Assembly (NCBI GenBank): GCA_040387495.1
Contig: JAZKDQ010000018.1
Span: 1 to 64,000 of the forward strand
DNA length: 64,000 nucleotides
Reading direction: 5' to 3'
Origin: Pseudomonadota bacterium
GTDB taxonomy: Bacteria > Pseudomonadota > Alphaproteobacteria > Paracaedibacterales > CAIOTO01
Shown one piece after another: positions 38,362-47,769 of the stretch. Every line of letters starts with the position of its first letter. Position 1 is the first letter of the stretch. Both the position numbers and the translations under genes were made by a program. Under the pieces are notes generated by a model that worked only from the letters and a program-made list of their open reading frames with translations, had not been told where the DNA came from and searched no databases.

Positions 38362-39681
38362 ATGACTTTTTCTATTCGTCCATTTCGCACACTAAAACGC
38401 TTTTTGCCCCAAAGTCTTTTTGGTCGTACACTTATTATTTTAATGATGCCTCTTATTTTGCTGCAGGTTGTGTTGGGGTATATTTTTTTTGAACGACACA
38501 CTGAAACAATTTTACGCACACTTTCAGAAAATATTGCAGGTGATGTGGCGCTTGTTATGGCGTGGCATGAAACTCCTGACACATCCTTTAAACAGTTGAA
38601 AATATTGGCAAAAGAATATTTGTCTTTGGACATAGAGCTTGAGGAAAACAAGACGCTTGATCGTACGGGCCAATATCGTGAAAACTGGCTTTATCTTCCA
38701 CTTATTACGGCGCTTGATCAGAAATTAAAGGCACCTCATTACGTTCGCATGACGCCGGAAACGATTTATATTTCAATTCAAACAAAAAAGGGATTGATTA
38801 CGGCATCGATGCTTCGCAAGCGTTTGTTCAGTCGTACAACGCCACTGGTTTTGATTTGGACAACTGTATCTGCAATGCTTTTATTTGCTGTTGCATCTAT
38901 TTTTATGCGAAATCAAATCAGGCCTATACGGCGTTTGGCTGAAGCAGCTGAGCGTTTTGGAAAAGGGGACGAGCTTGTACTATTTAAAGCAGAAGGAGCA
39001 GTGGAAGTTCGAAAGGCTGGATATGCCTTTTTGCGCATGCGTGAGCGTGTAACGCGACTTTTGCATGAACGTATTGAAATGCTTGCTGGGGTTTCGCATG
39101 ATTTACGGACACCGATCACGCGGCTTAAGCTTTCTGTCGTTATGCTGCCTGATAGTTCACAAAAACAACAAATCGAAGCCGACGTAACGATGCTGCACCA
39201 TATGGTTGAGGGATTTTTATCGTATGCACGCGGAACAACTGAAGAAGAAAAGCAAACGGTAATTTTGCTGCCATGGATTCAAAAGATAACAGAGCATCAT
39301 CATGTTATATCGTTAGATATTCAAGGCGACTCTGAATTGAAGATAAAAATAAAAAAGACATTTTTTAACCGTTGCTTAACTAATCTAGTAGTAAACTCTG
39401 AGAAGTACGCAAAGAACCTTTTAATTGACATCAAGCGTTTAGGTGCCACGGCTGTTATTACATTTGATGATGATGGGCCTGGAATACCAGTTGGGGAACG
39501 TGAACATGTTTTTAAACCGTTTTATAGGCTTGATCAGGCACGGAATCTCGATAAAGTCGGTGTTGGTTTGGGTTTGAGTGTGGCACGTGATGTTGTTCTA
39601 TCTCATGGCGGACAGATTGATTTGATGAATTCTCCTATGGGAGGCTTACGTGTTCAGATTCGTCTCCCGCTCGATGCGTAA
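38362..39681 (+). CDS. EnvZ-like HAMP sensor histidine kinase
   Basis: LPQSLFGR, NQIRPIRRLAEAAERFG, SHDLRTP H-box, DDDGPGI, GLGLS. Confidence 0.92.
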   Translation: MTFSIRPFRTLKRFLPQSLFGRTLIILMMPLILLQVVLGYIFFERHTETILRTLSENIAGDVALVMAWHETPDTSFKQLKILAKEYLSLDIELEENKTLDRTGQYRENWLYLPLITALDQKLKAPHYVRMTPETIYISIQTKKGLITASMLRKRLFSRTTPLVLIWTTVSAMLLFAVASIFMRNQIRPIRRLAEAAERFGKGDELVLFKAEGAVEVRKAGYAFLRMRERVTRLLHERIEMLAGVSHDLRTPITRLKLSVVMLPDSSQKQQIEADVTMLHHMVEGFLSYARGTTEEEKQTVILLPWIQKITEHHHVISLDIQGDSELKIKIKKTFFNRCLTNLVVNSEKYAKNLLIDIKRLGATAVITFDDDGPGIPVGEREHVFKPFYRLDQARNLDKVGVGLGLSVARDVVLSHGGQIDLMNSPMGGLRVQIRLPLDA

Positions 39682-39749
39682 TAAAAGTTTTATTAATGTT
39701 GTGAGAATAAATAATGATTTGTAAATGCAATGAAAAAGGAGTGTTTTAA

Positions 39750-40256
39750 ATGACAGAGAGTAAAAAAAATACAAAAAAAGAAGAATCTAATCAAGAACAA
39801 GCAAGCAGTGCACACAACTATAATGACACCTACAAATCGTCAGGAAATCCAGCTATGGATATGTTTAAGTCTTTTGCTCAGCAAGGAAAAACAGCAATGG
39901 ATCGTGATACAATGGTCAATAAGCACCGTAAGAATCTAGATGCTATGAATGATGCTAGCAAAACAGCGATGGATTTGTTGAAGTCCGTTACAAATTTGCA
40001 AAATCAATATGCACGTCAGGCATTTGAAGAATTTAACACAATGTTACGCGATATGGTACAAACGCCACAAACTTCTGAACAATTGAAAAAGCAAGCATCT
40101 CGTTTGAAAGAATCAATGACAAAAGCGATGGACCATACATCGAATGTTGCTAATATTGTTGTAAAAACAAATAGTGACTTTTATAAAAAAGCACAAAATC
40201 ATGCAAAAGATGCATTTCAAGAAATGAAATTCACGGCAATGGCTAAGAAGAGATAG
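39750..40256 (+). CDS. Phasin family (PHA granule-associated) protein
   Basis: MDRDTMVNKHRKNLDAMNDASKTA...Q..ARQA helical pattern. Confidence 0.75.
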   Translation: MTESKKNTKKEESNQEQASSAHNYNDTYKSSGNPAMDMFKSFAQQGKTAMDRDTMVNKHRKNLDAMNDASKTAMDLLKSVTNLQNQYARQAFEEFNTMLRDMVQTPQTSEQLKKQASRLKESMTKAMDHTSNVANIVVKTNSDFYKKAQNHAKDAFQEMKFTAMAKKR

Positions 40257-40334
40257 TTAGTAAAATTACGGGGTGAGGATGTCTTTGTCATCGTTGCTAA
40301 TTATTCGTAATGCAGACTTTTTGGACCAAAAGTT

Positions 40335-40369
40335 AGATCCTCGGACTTAGACATTAATCCGAGGGATCT
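40335..40369. repeat. Short palindromic element AGATCCTCGGA...TCCGAGGGATCT
   Basis: Inverted repeat between convergent phasin and pheT genes. Confidence 0.55.
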
Positions 40370-40433
40370 CTTTCAAGAAAATCTAAGTGTAGTTTTTACA
40401 TTTTAACAATGTCTCACTATTTATTTTTATACT

Positions 40434-42824
40434 CTACCCAGCATCGCGAATGCGACCACCGCATAATTTATCAACTTCGGCAATTACCTTGTTTTGAAAT
40501 GACATTAAATCATCATCTGTTAGCGTCTGCTTCTTTGGCTGTAAAGTAACCTCAACAGCAATGGACTTTTGTCCTGCTGGTGCCTTATCCCCGCTGTATA
40601 CATCAAATATATTTATATCATCAATCAATTCACGGTCAACTTTTTGTATTATTTTGATCAATTGGTCTGACGTAACTTTTGTATCCACCCAAAAAGCGAA
40701 GTCACGCGATACAGATTGGTAAATTGCTGGTGTGAAAGCCGGTCGTTTGTCTTTTTGTTTTAAGGGCAAAGCATCGATAAAAATTTCGAATCCAATGGCT
40801 GTTCCATTGACATCTAGTTCTTTAGTAATGCTAGGATGAATTTCGCCAAAATGCGCAATGATTTTTTGTCCTTGTTTAACAACGGCCGATCGTCCTGGAT
40901 GATAGTAAGCCGGTGCGTTTGAATCAATCTGGACATTGCTAAGTCCGAAAAGTTCAAGCGCTGTTAGAACATCATTCTTAATGGCATAAACATCAGGCGC
41001 AGCCTCAGGCTTTTGCCAATGACGCTTTCCTTTTGAAAAGACTTTTAGCCCAGAAAGTGTGCGCATTTCAACAAGACCTTTGTCAGTTTCATGAAATTGC
41101 GGTGCGTATTCAATATACGCAGAATTAGGTTGTGATCGTTTTTGTCCATTAGCAGCAATTTTGAGCAATCCCGGCAAAACACTTGGACGCAGCACTGCCA
41201 TTTCAGCATTCAGTGGCTTTGACAATGGAATGCCCATTCCAAACAAAGCTGCTATATCTTTTGGAATAAACGACCATGTGTAAGCTTCGTTATAACCACG
41301 ATTGGTGAAGAATGTATTTAAGCGATCACGCGTTGTGTTGGCATCAACTGGTAATAACAAGGGAAGTGTTGCTTCAGGAATAGAATCATATCCGCGGATA
41401 CGAAGTACTTCCTCTATCAAATCAACATCGAGTGTTACATCATGCCGATGAGTTGGTACAATAACTGTAATTTCGGCAGCCGAGAATTTATGTTCAGTAA
41501 ACCCAAGTTTTTTTAACACGGACAGTGCATCAGCTAAAGTAATTTGATTATCACCTGATATGGCGGTCAAACGCGCTTGCGATAACGACACCATAATGGG
41601 CGCTGGTAATTGCTTCACATATTCACCCCCCTGAGTCACCTCAGATGCTGTGCCACCGCACCATTCCAAAATAAGCTGCGTTGCATATTCAAGGCCGAAA
41701 ATGACATCCGCAGCATCCACACCACGTTCGAAACGTGTGCGTGCATCACTTAAAATAGCAGTAGCTTGTCCTGTTAATGCTATGTGCGCTGAATCAAATA
41801 GTGCAGATTCCAGCACAACATCTGTGGTTTGATCGTCGCATCCTGTTGAAAGTCCGCCCATTATACCGGCAAGCGAGATAATACCTGAGGTGTCTGAAAT
41901 GACCGACATACCTTTGGACAGTGTATATTCTTTTTCATTAAGTCCAATGAATGTATCACCACCATTGGCTGCATGGACGTTAAGTTTATCTCCTGATAAT
42001 TTATTCTTGTCAAAAACATGCAAAGGACGTCCAAATTCCAGACAAATTAGATTAGTTGCATCCACAAGTGCTGAAATAGGTCTACATCCCGCTGAACGGA
42101 GACGTTTTTGAACCCATTCAGGGCTCTGACCATTTTTAACGCCTTTTATGGTTCTTGTTGCAAAGTGATACGTATTTGGGTCTGTTATATCGAGCGTAGT
42201 TTCGCAAGAACCAGCAGTTTTAAATGCTGGCTTTGGACGAGCTTTAAGTGTTCCAATACCAAAAGCCGCTAAATCACGTGCGATCCCATATATGGAGAAA
42301 CAACAACTGCGGTTAGGCGTTAAACTAACATCAATTATGGGGTCAGTAAGCTTAAGACTTGTGGCCAAATCCGCACCAGTTTCTAATGATGCATCTAAGT
42401 CCATAATGCCATCTGAATCCTCGCCAAGCAGCAATTCACGACTGGAACACAACATGCCTAGGCTTTCAACGTTGCGTATGCTTCCTTTTTTAAGGGGTAG
42501 TCCTGTGTCAGGAATGACCGTGCCAATACGCGCAAAGGCAACTTTCATATTTGCACGTACGTTAGGTGCGCCGCAAACAACTTGATGTAGCGTCGGTTTC
42601 CCCTCAGTGATTGTACCGTCTTCAATCGTACAAAGGCTTAAACGGTCAGCATTTGGATGTTTTTCACAGGTTTTAACATGACCGACAACAAATCCTTTTA
42701 AGCGCTCGCTTGGATCATCAACGTGTTCTACTTCAATGCCAACAGCCACAAGTGCAGCTGCAATTTCATCATTGCTTGCTGTTGTATCAAGGTATTCTTT
42801 TAACCAAGAGAGCGAAAATTTCAT
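40434..42824 (-). CDS. pheT: Phenylalanine-tRNA ligase beta subunit
   Basis: MKFSLSWL, HPNADRL, VVCGAPN, RFERGVD, DLIEEVLRIRGYD, RDFAF. Confidence 0.97.
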   Translation of the reverse strand: MKFSLSWLKEYLDTTASNDEIAAALVAVGIEVEHVDDPSERLKGFVVGHVKTCEKHPNADRLSLCTIEDGTITEGKPTLHQVVCGAPNVRANMKVAFARIGTVIPDTGLPLKKGSIRNVESLGMLCSSRELLLGEDSDGIMDLDASLETGADLATSLKLTDPIIDVSLTPNRSCCFSIYGIARDLAAFGIGTLKARPKPAFKTAGSCETTLDITDPNTYHFATRTIKGVKNGQSPEWVQKRLRSAGCRPISALVDATNLICLEFGRPLHVFDKNKLSGDKLNVHAANGGDTFIGLNEKEYTLSKGMSVISDTSGIISLAGIMGGLSTGCDDQTTDVVLESALFDSAHIALTGQATAILSDARTRFERGVDAADVIFGLEYATQLILEWCGGTASEVTQGGEYVKQLPAPIMVSLSQARLTAISGDNQITLADALSVLKKLGFTEHKFSAAEITVIVPTHRHDVTLDVDLIEEVLRIRGYDSIPEATLPLLLPVDANTTRDRLNTFFTNRGYNEAYTWSFIPKDIAALFGMGIPLSKPLNAEMAVLRPSVLPGLLKIAANGQKRSQPNSAYIEYAPQFHETDKGLVEMRTLSGLKVFSKGKRHWQKPEAAPDVYAIKNDVLTALELFGLSNVQIDSNAPAYYHPGRSAVVKQGQKIIAHFGEIHPSITKELDVNGTAIGFEIFIDALPLKQKDKRPAFTPAIYQSVSRDFAFWVDTKVTSDQLIKIIQKVDRELIDDINIFDVYSGDKAPAGQKSIAVEVTLQPKKQTLTDDDLMSFQNKVIAEVDKLCGGRIRDAG

Positions 42825-43142
42825 AAAACTAAAGTCCTAAACAGTAAGATAATATTGTGCGGATGACATGCGAAATCAATCAAACAGTGTCCATGAATAT
42901 ACCGTATTTAGGAGGAAAGGCCTAGATAATCTTAATAAAGGTATGAGTTAATTTGTGTGATTGAGTTAATCTGAATTTACAATAAGAAATATGTCTATTT
43001 TTTCGGGTTTAATTTTTTTTTAAGTATTATGTGGGATAATTACAGATGTGAAATATAGTTTGTATTTTTTTTGTATGTAATATATAAAAAATGTCGTAAA
43101 AAACATGCCGATGTTTAACTGTAAGGTTCAATAGCGGAAAAC

Positions 43143-43520
43143 ATGGAAAAAGAAGAAAAAGTAGATATTCCTTTAATGATAAGTCAACGTGCTGAACATT
43201 TTATTGAAATGAAAGAGCAGTTGCCTCTGGAGACAAGTAAGCAAATGATGGATGTTTTAATTAAATTATTAAGCTTTCCTGAGACGAATTCAGACTATCA
43301 AAATCAATGTAGTGAAATGGCTGCATATTTTAGGGTTGATTTCACTGCGCATGACTTGCACAACCAAAAACGTATACTATTGTTTTCATTGATAAAAACA
43401 TATCTTTTTGGAGACATGTCTGCTATTGCTGCGAATGAACTTTTGCGCGATCTAGATTTACACAAACTTACAGTAGAAGAGCATAAAAAAGACCTTGCAA
43501 AAATTGAAGAATATTTTTGA
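43143..43520 (+). CDS. Hypothetical protein
   Basis: 125-aa ORF whose stop overlaps the next start. Confidence 0.55.
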   Translation: MEKEEKVDIPLMISQRAEHFIEMKEQLPLETSKQMMDVLIKLLSFPETNSDYQNQCSEMAAYFRVDFTAHDLHNQKRILLFSLIKTYLFGDMSAIAANELLRDLDLHKLTVEEHKKDLAKIEEYF

Positions 43521-43828
43521 AAAATAAAGTCAAAAAAGACTCAAATAGAGCATTAATGCTTGGTGTGCTTGACGTTAATTCGGATATTAGAATGCATGTT
43601 CGTTTGTATATGGAACTTAAAAAAAATATCACCAAAGCAAAAAGAGATATAACAGCAACATCTCTTTTTAAAGCACATATTAACCCTAACACTTCAAGAA
43701 AACAACATAATCAGTTTTTAAAAATATTTGGGGTAGATAGTTATAAGTGCCTGCTGATAGAACCTATTAAGAAACCCGCCTGTAGTATGAATACTTGGGG
43801 CATCAAAGGAATTTTAGCTGCATGTTGA
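43517..43828 (+). CDS. Hypothetical basic protein
   Basis: 103-aa ORF overlapping both neighbours. Confidence 0.45.
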   Translation: MKNKVKKDSNRALMLGVLDVNSDIRMHVRLYMELKKNITKAKRDITATSLFKAHINPNTSRKQHNQFLKIFGVDSYKCLLIEPIKKPACSMNTWGIKGILAAC

Positions 43829-44580
43829 TTCGGACTACGTATAGCAACCATATTGGTATTATTCATTTTCAAAATGGAGAGCTTAATCTATTATCTGTCG
43901 AGTTTATCAATGAACTAAATCGCGCACTAACTGAGATGGAGCTGGACGATACAGTGCATGTTATCGTGTTGTCCTCTGATAAGAAGGCCTTTTGTGCAGG
44001 TGCAAATTTAAAAGAATTATTACTTGTTGCAGAGACTAAAAAAGCAAGTAAGTCACCTAATGCATATGACCCTATTGAGGATTGGCAACGATTAGCTTTT
44101 GTTGAAAAACCAGTAATTGCATGCGTTAACGGTGCATGTCTTGGTGGCGGGTTGGAGATGGCTTTGATGTGTGATTTTATTGTGGCATCTCAACAATCTA
44201 TGTTTGGTTTTCCTGAAATTAAATTGGGTTTATTACCAGGTGGTGGAGGCACTCAGCGGATTTTACAACGTATATGTATGGGACGTGCACGCGAGCTGGT
44301 AATGATTGGTGATTCGATAACGGCTGAAACGGCGTATGAATGGGGTTTGATTAATGCAGTTTTTGATCCTGATAAGTGTTTTGATGGCGCGCTTGAATTT
44401 GCTTCAAAACTTGCATCACATTCGGTGAATTCATTAAAAGAAATTAAAAAACTACTAACCTTATCGTGTGGTGAAGCTGTTAAAAAGGGGCTTGCAATGG
44501 AACGTGCTGCGTTTTATGAACGTTTGAAAAGTTCTGAAGCAACAACTAAAATACAAGCTTTTTTTAAGAAAAGAAGTTAA
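43822..44580 (+). CDS. Enoyl-CoA hydratase/isomerase
   Basis: AFCAGANL, KPVIACVNGACLGGGLE, FGFPEIKLGLLPGGGGTQR. Confidence 0.92.
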   Translation: MLIRTTYSNHIGIIHFQNGELNLLSVEFINELNRALTEMELDDTVHVIVLSSDKKAFCAGANLKELLLVAETKKASKSPNAYDPIEDWQRLAFVEKPVIACVNGACLGGGLEMALMCDFIVASQQSMFGFPEIKLGLLPGGGGTQRILQRICMGRARELVMIGDSITAETAYEWGLINAVFDPDKCFDGALEFASKLASHSVNSLKEIKKLLTLSCGEAVKKGLAMERAAFYERLKSSEATTKIQAFFKKRS

Positions 44581-44597
44581 GTATTAGGACTTTTAAA

Positions 44598-45272
44598 CTA
44601 TTTCGCGTTCCAGCTGGTGTTTTGAAGAGTGGCAATAAAATCCTTGTGCAACGCTTCTTCTTCTTCAGAAACCGAAAAAGACCGCTTTGGAAAATCGATA
44701 ACAGATTTATGTGTATGCGCTGTCTCTATGATGCTTTCGAGTTCAAATGCAAGGGTTCGTTGGCGTCCCCCAAGTAGTTCGATGTAGACATGATAAAGCA
44801 ATTCAGCATCAAGAAGTGCCCCATGCTTATCTCTCTTTGATAAATCAATGTCAAACCGTTTGCATAAAGCATCAAGGCTGGCAGGTGATCCAGGGAATTT
44901 TTTACGTGCCATGATGAGTGTATCGGTTGCACGTGTCTTGAGTAAAATGGGCTTTTTAGCCCACTCAAGTTCAGCGTTTAAGAATGACATATCAAAAGGT
45001 GCATTATGAATCACCAACATATCATCGCCGATAAAATCAAGGAATTTATCAACAATCTGACTGAAGAATGGAAATGGCTTTAGGAATGCTTCGGTCAGCC
45101 CTGTAATCTCAGTTGATTTTGCAGGCACATCACGTTGCGGGTTTATGTACTGGTGGAAGGTGTTTCCAGTAGGCTTTTTATGCATAAGTTCAATACAGCC
45201 AATTTCGACAATCCGATGGCCTTGTGCGGGCGATAGCCCAGTGGTTTCTGTATCGAGTAATATTTCACGCAT
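44598..45272 (-). CDS. dnaQ: DNA polymerase III epsilon subunit
   Basis: LDTETTG, HNAPFD, SLDALC, HGALLDAELL. Confidence 0.96.
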   Translation of the reverse strand: MREILLDTETTGLSPAQGHRIVEIGCIELMHKKPTGNTFHQYINPQRDVPAKSTEITGLTEAFLKPFPFFSQIVDKFLDFIGDDMLVIHNAPFDMSFLNAELEWAKKPILLKTRATDTLIMARKKFPGSPASLDALCKRFDIDLSKRDKHGALLDAELLYHVYIELLGGRQRTLAFELESIIETAHTHKSVIDFPKRSFSVSEEEEALHKDFIATLQNTSWNAK

Positions 45273-45381
45273 AAAAACATCCTATACAATGCGCGATGTA
45301 TTTTCCAGATGAAAAATTATTTTAGATTTTCTTATCTCTAGTTAGAAGAGGCAATAGATTTCCTTGTATTCCAATTCAAAA

Positions 45382-45413
45382 TTAACTTCATGTTAATTAA
45401 AGTTTATTATAGT
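45382..45413 (+). promoter_or_regulatory. CtrA-like box TTAA-N7-TTAA with -10 element 11 nt downstream
   Basis: TTAACTTCATGTTAA-N11-TATAGT; box ends 51 nt before the ATG at 45447. Confidence 0.55.
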
Positions 45414-45446
45414 AACAGTATGGGTTCATTGTAAGTTGCTTAGATC

Positions 45447-46949
45447 ATGGCTGAAAATTTTAATCAATTAAAAATATCTAAGTCTTTGCTTTGTGTAAGT
45501 TATTTGCTTGCTACAGGTGTATTTGCACGGGAGCCACGTGTAGGAATTGATTTAATGGAGTTGCGGGCCGATGCTCCGTCAGTTGAGTCAGTTGAAATGC
45601 CAGGAAAACTTATTGTATCTAAAGTTGGGGCTGATGATGATGCAAAAGCTAAGATTTCTGAAGCTGATAAACTTAAGAGTCAAGTAAGTGGCATTACTTT
45701 TTCCGCGACAATTAAAGATGCATACAATCTTTATGATGCTGCGGCTAATGTTTCTGATATCAGCCTTGAATTACGTGGTCGTGCAAAAATTAATGCTGCA
45801 GAACTCTATCCGTATGCCAATATAGATGACTCATCCTATGCTAGCATTCAACAACGAAAAATTGAGTCACTCAAATTATTTAATGATATTATTGACGACA
45901 AAGATTACTCAGCAGATGTGAAGGGATGGGCTAAATGTCGGCTTGCTAAGCTTTACCTTGAAAATACATTTGATATTGATCCAAGCGTTGCAAAGCAAAA
46001 GGCACTGTCTCTTTTGCAAGAAGTGACCACTGACAAAGATGTTAATGTAGATATTAAAGCACATGCAAAGATTCAATTAGCCACGGCATATAGCCAAAAG
46101 AAATTTGATGTTTCTGACGTTGATTCGCGACAAAAAGCAGACGCCTTTTTCAATGAGGTAAAGAAAGACACACAAGTCTCAATTGCTATAAGAGCAAAGT
46201 CTGCCTTTGGCCTTGCTTCTATCAAGAATATTGACGATGATCCTTACAATGCTCAGCGGTTAAAAGTATTAAAAGATATTTCAGTTGAGCCAACCTATTC
46301 ACCGTCAATCCAAACTAAGGCAAAAGTAAAAATTGCACGTGGTTTGCTGAGTGGTGAATTTGACACAAAAGCAAGTGAAGCGAGTGCCCTAGCGTTGGGT
46401 ATGTATAAAGAAATCATCGCTGATCCCAAGCCTGACTCTAAGCCAGAAACAAAACTTGACTCAGCAGAACGCTTTGCTTATAAGCAGGAATTTGCCTTTC
46501 AACTTGCCAATAATGCATTCCACCAAAAATCAAAAGAAGCAAAAGATGCAGCACAAGCGCTTTACAAAGAACTTTTAGATAATGGAAATGTTTCTGTCTA
46601 TACAGACCAAAAGACAGTAGCGAAATGGAATCTTGCATTGCATTATTTGGAAAAGAAACTTGACCCGCCAGCAGGAAAAGATGCAAAAACTGCGGGAACA
46701 GAGTTGATCAATGAGATTTTGAACGATACACATGTAAGCACAGAAATGTTGCTGCTTGTTAAGCTGAACTTTGCACGCTTGCATCACTATAGTAACGTTG
46801 AAAATCTATTAGGTCTGCCGACAGGTCAGGCAAAAGATGATGCTTTGCAGATACTCAATGATTTGCTTAATGATAAACGCTTAAGCGGAAAACAAAAAGA
46901 AATGGTTCAAGCTGAATTGGATCGATGGAATGGGATTGTAAAAAAATAA
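45447..46949 (+). CDS. Secreted ~45-aa alpha-helical repeat protein (TPR/Sel1-like solenoid)
   Basis: Signal ending GVFA; recurring AKxxLAxxY...F...A..L..EV..D. Confidence 0.8.
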   Translation: MAENFNQLKISKSLLCVSYLLATGVFAREPRVGIDLMELRADAPSVESVEMPGKLIVSKVGADDDAKAKISEADKLKSQVSGITFSATIKDAYNLYDAAANVSDISLELRGRAKINAAELYPYANIDDSSYASIQQRKIESLKLFNDIIDDKDYSADVKGWAKCRLAKLYLENTFDIDPSVAKQKALSLLQEVTTDKDVNVDIKAHAKIQLATAYSQKKFDVSDVDSRQKADAFFNEVKKDTQVSIAIRAKSAFGLASIKNIDDDPYNAQRLKVLKDISVEPTYSPSIQTKAKVKIARGLLSGEFDTKASEASALALGMYKEIIADPKPDSKPETKLDSAERFAYKQEFAFQLANNAFHQKSKEAKDAAQALYKELLDNGNVSVYTDQKTVAKWNLALHYLEKKLDPPAGKDAKTAGTELINEILNDTHVSTEMLLLVKLNFARLHHYSNVENLLGLPTGQAKDDALQILNDLLNDKRLSGKQKEMVQAELDRWNGIVKK

Positions 46950-47119
46950 TTACAATACTGTCTCATTTGAAGCACATTCCTATTTCCATAGATGTAATGT
47001 TCATACAAGTTCTTTCCTTGGGTGTGTCAATTTGCTATTTTTAACTTTAATCTGTTTTGTTTCCTTTGTAAGAACAGAGAGCAATTAACAGTATTTCCAT
47101 TTTAGTGAAAGATGCCCTT

Positions 47120-47632
47120 ATGAAAAAAATACTTACGATTCTTACACTTGGTATTTCTGTTGCCTTTGCGTGTACTAAGACCGTTGGAACGCTCGAGTTA
47201 TCAAACAGAACTTTTCGTGCGTTAAAAGGCGCTGTAAATGGATCTGCGTATCTAACGATTAAGCAGACGGCTGATACGGCTGATAAATTGATTAGTGTAA
47301 GTTGTGCTGCAGCTGAACGTATGGAAATTCATGATCATATCGTTGATCACGTGACTAATGCAAAAAAGATGGTTGAAATTAAATCTATTGATATCCCTGG
47401 TAAAAAAGATGGTTGCGGGCTCTTTACGTGTTGGTTCGCTAAGCCGAAACCTGTGGAGTTTGTTAAAGGCGGTAAACATCTTATGTTGATGGGATTAAAA
47501 CCAGGCTCGAGCGATCTGAAAGAAGTTGAGATTAAACTGGTTTTTGAAAAAGCAGGTGAGGTTACAGTTAAGTTTAAAGCAGAAGGTGCTGATGGATCTG
47601 TGAACACAGGGTGTGAGCACCATAAACATTAA
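47120..47632 (+). CDS. PCu(A)C periplasmic copper chaperone
   Basis: GSAYLTI, DKLISVS, EIHDH, M, GGKHLMLMGL; His-rich tail. Confidence 0.88.
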   Translation: MKKILTILTLGISVAFACTKTVGTLELSNRTFRALKGAVNGSAYLTIKQTADTADKLISVSCAAAERMEIHDHIVDHVTNAKKMVEIKSIDIPGKKDGCGLFTCWFAKPKPVEFVKGGKHLMLMGLKPGSSDLKEVEIKLVFEKAGEVTVKFKAEGADGSVNTGCEHHKH

Positions 47633-47769
47633 ATTTAAATTATATGTCTTTCTCTTTCATGGGAAAGACAGTTCACATTAGACGAAAAATAATCAAGATC
47701 TTTAAAACACAATCTATGTGTGCTATATACATATAAATACGTAACTCGAAAAAATAATTATTTAAACGC

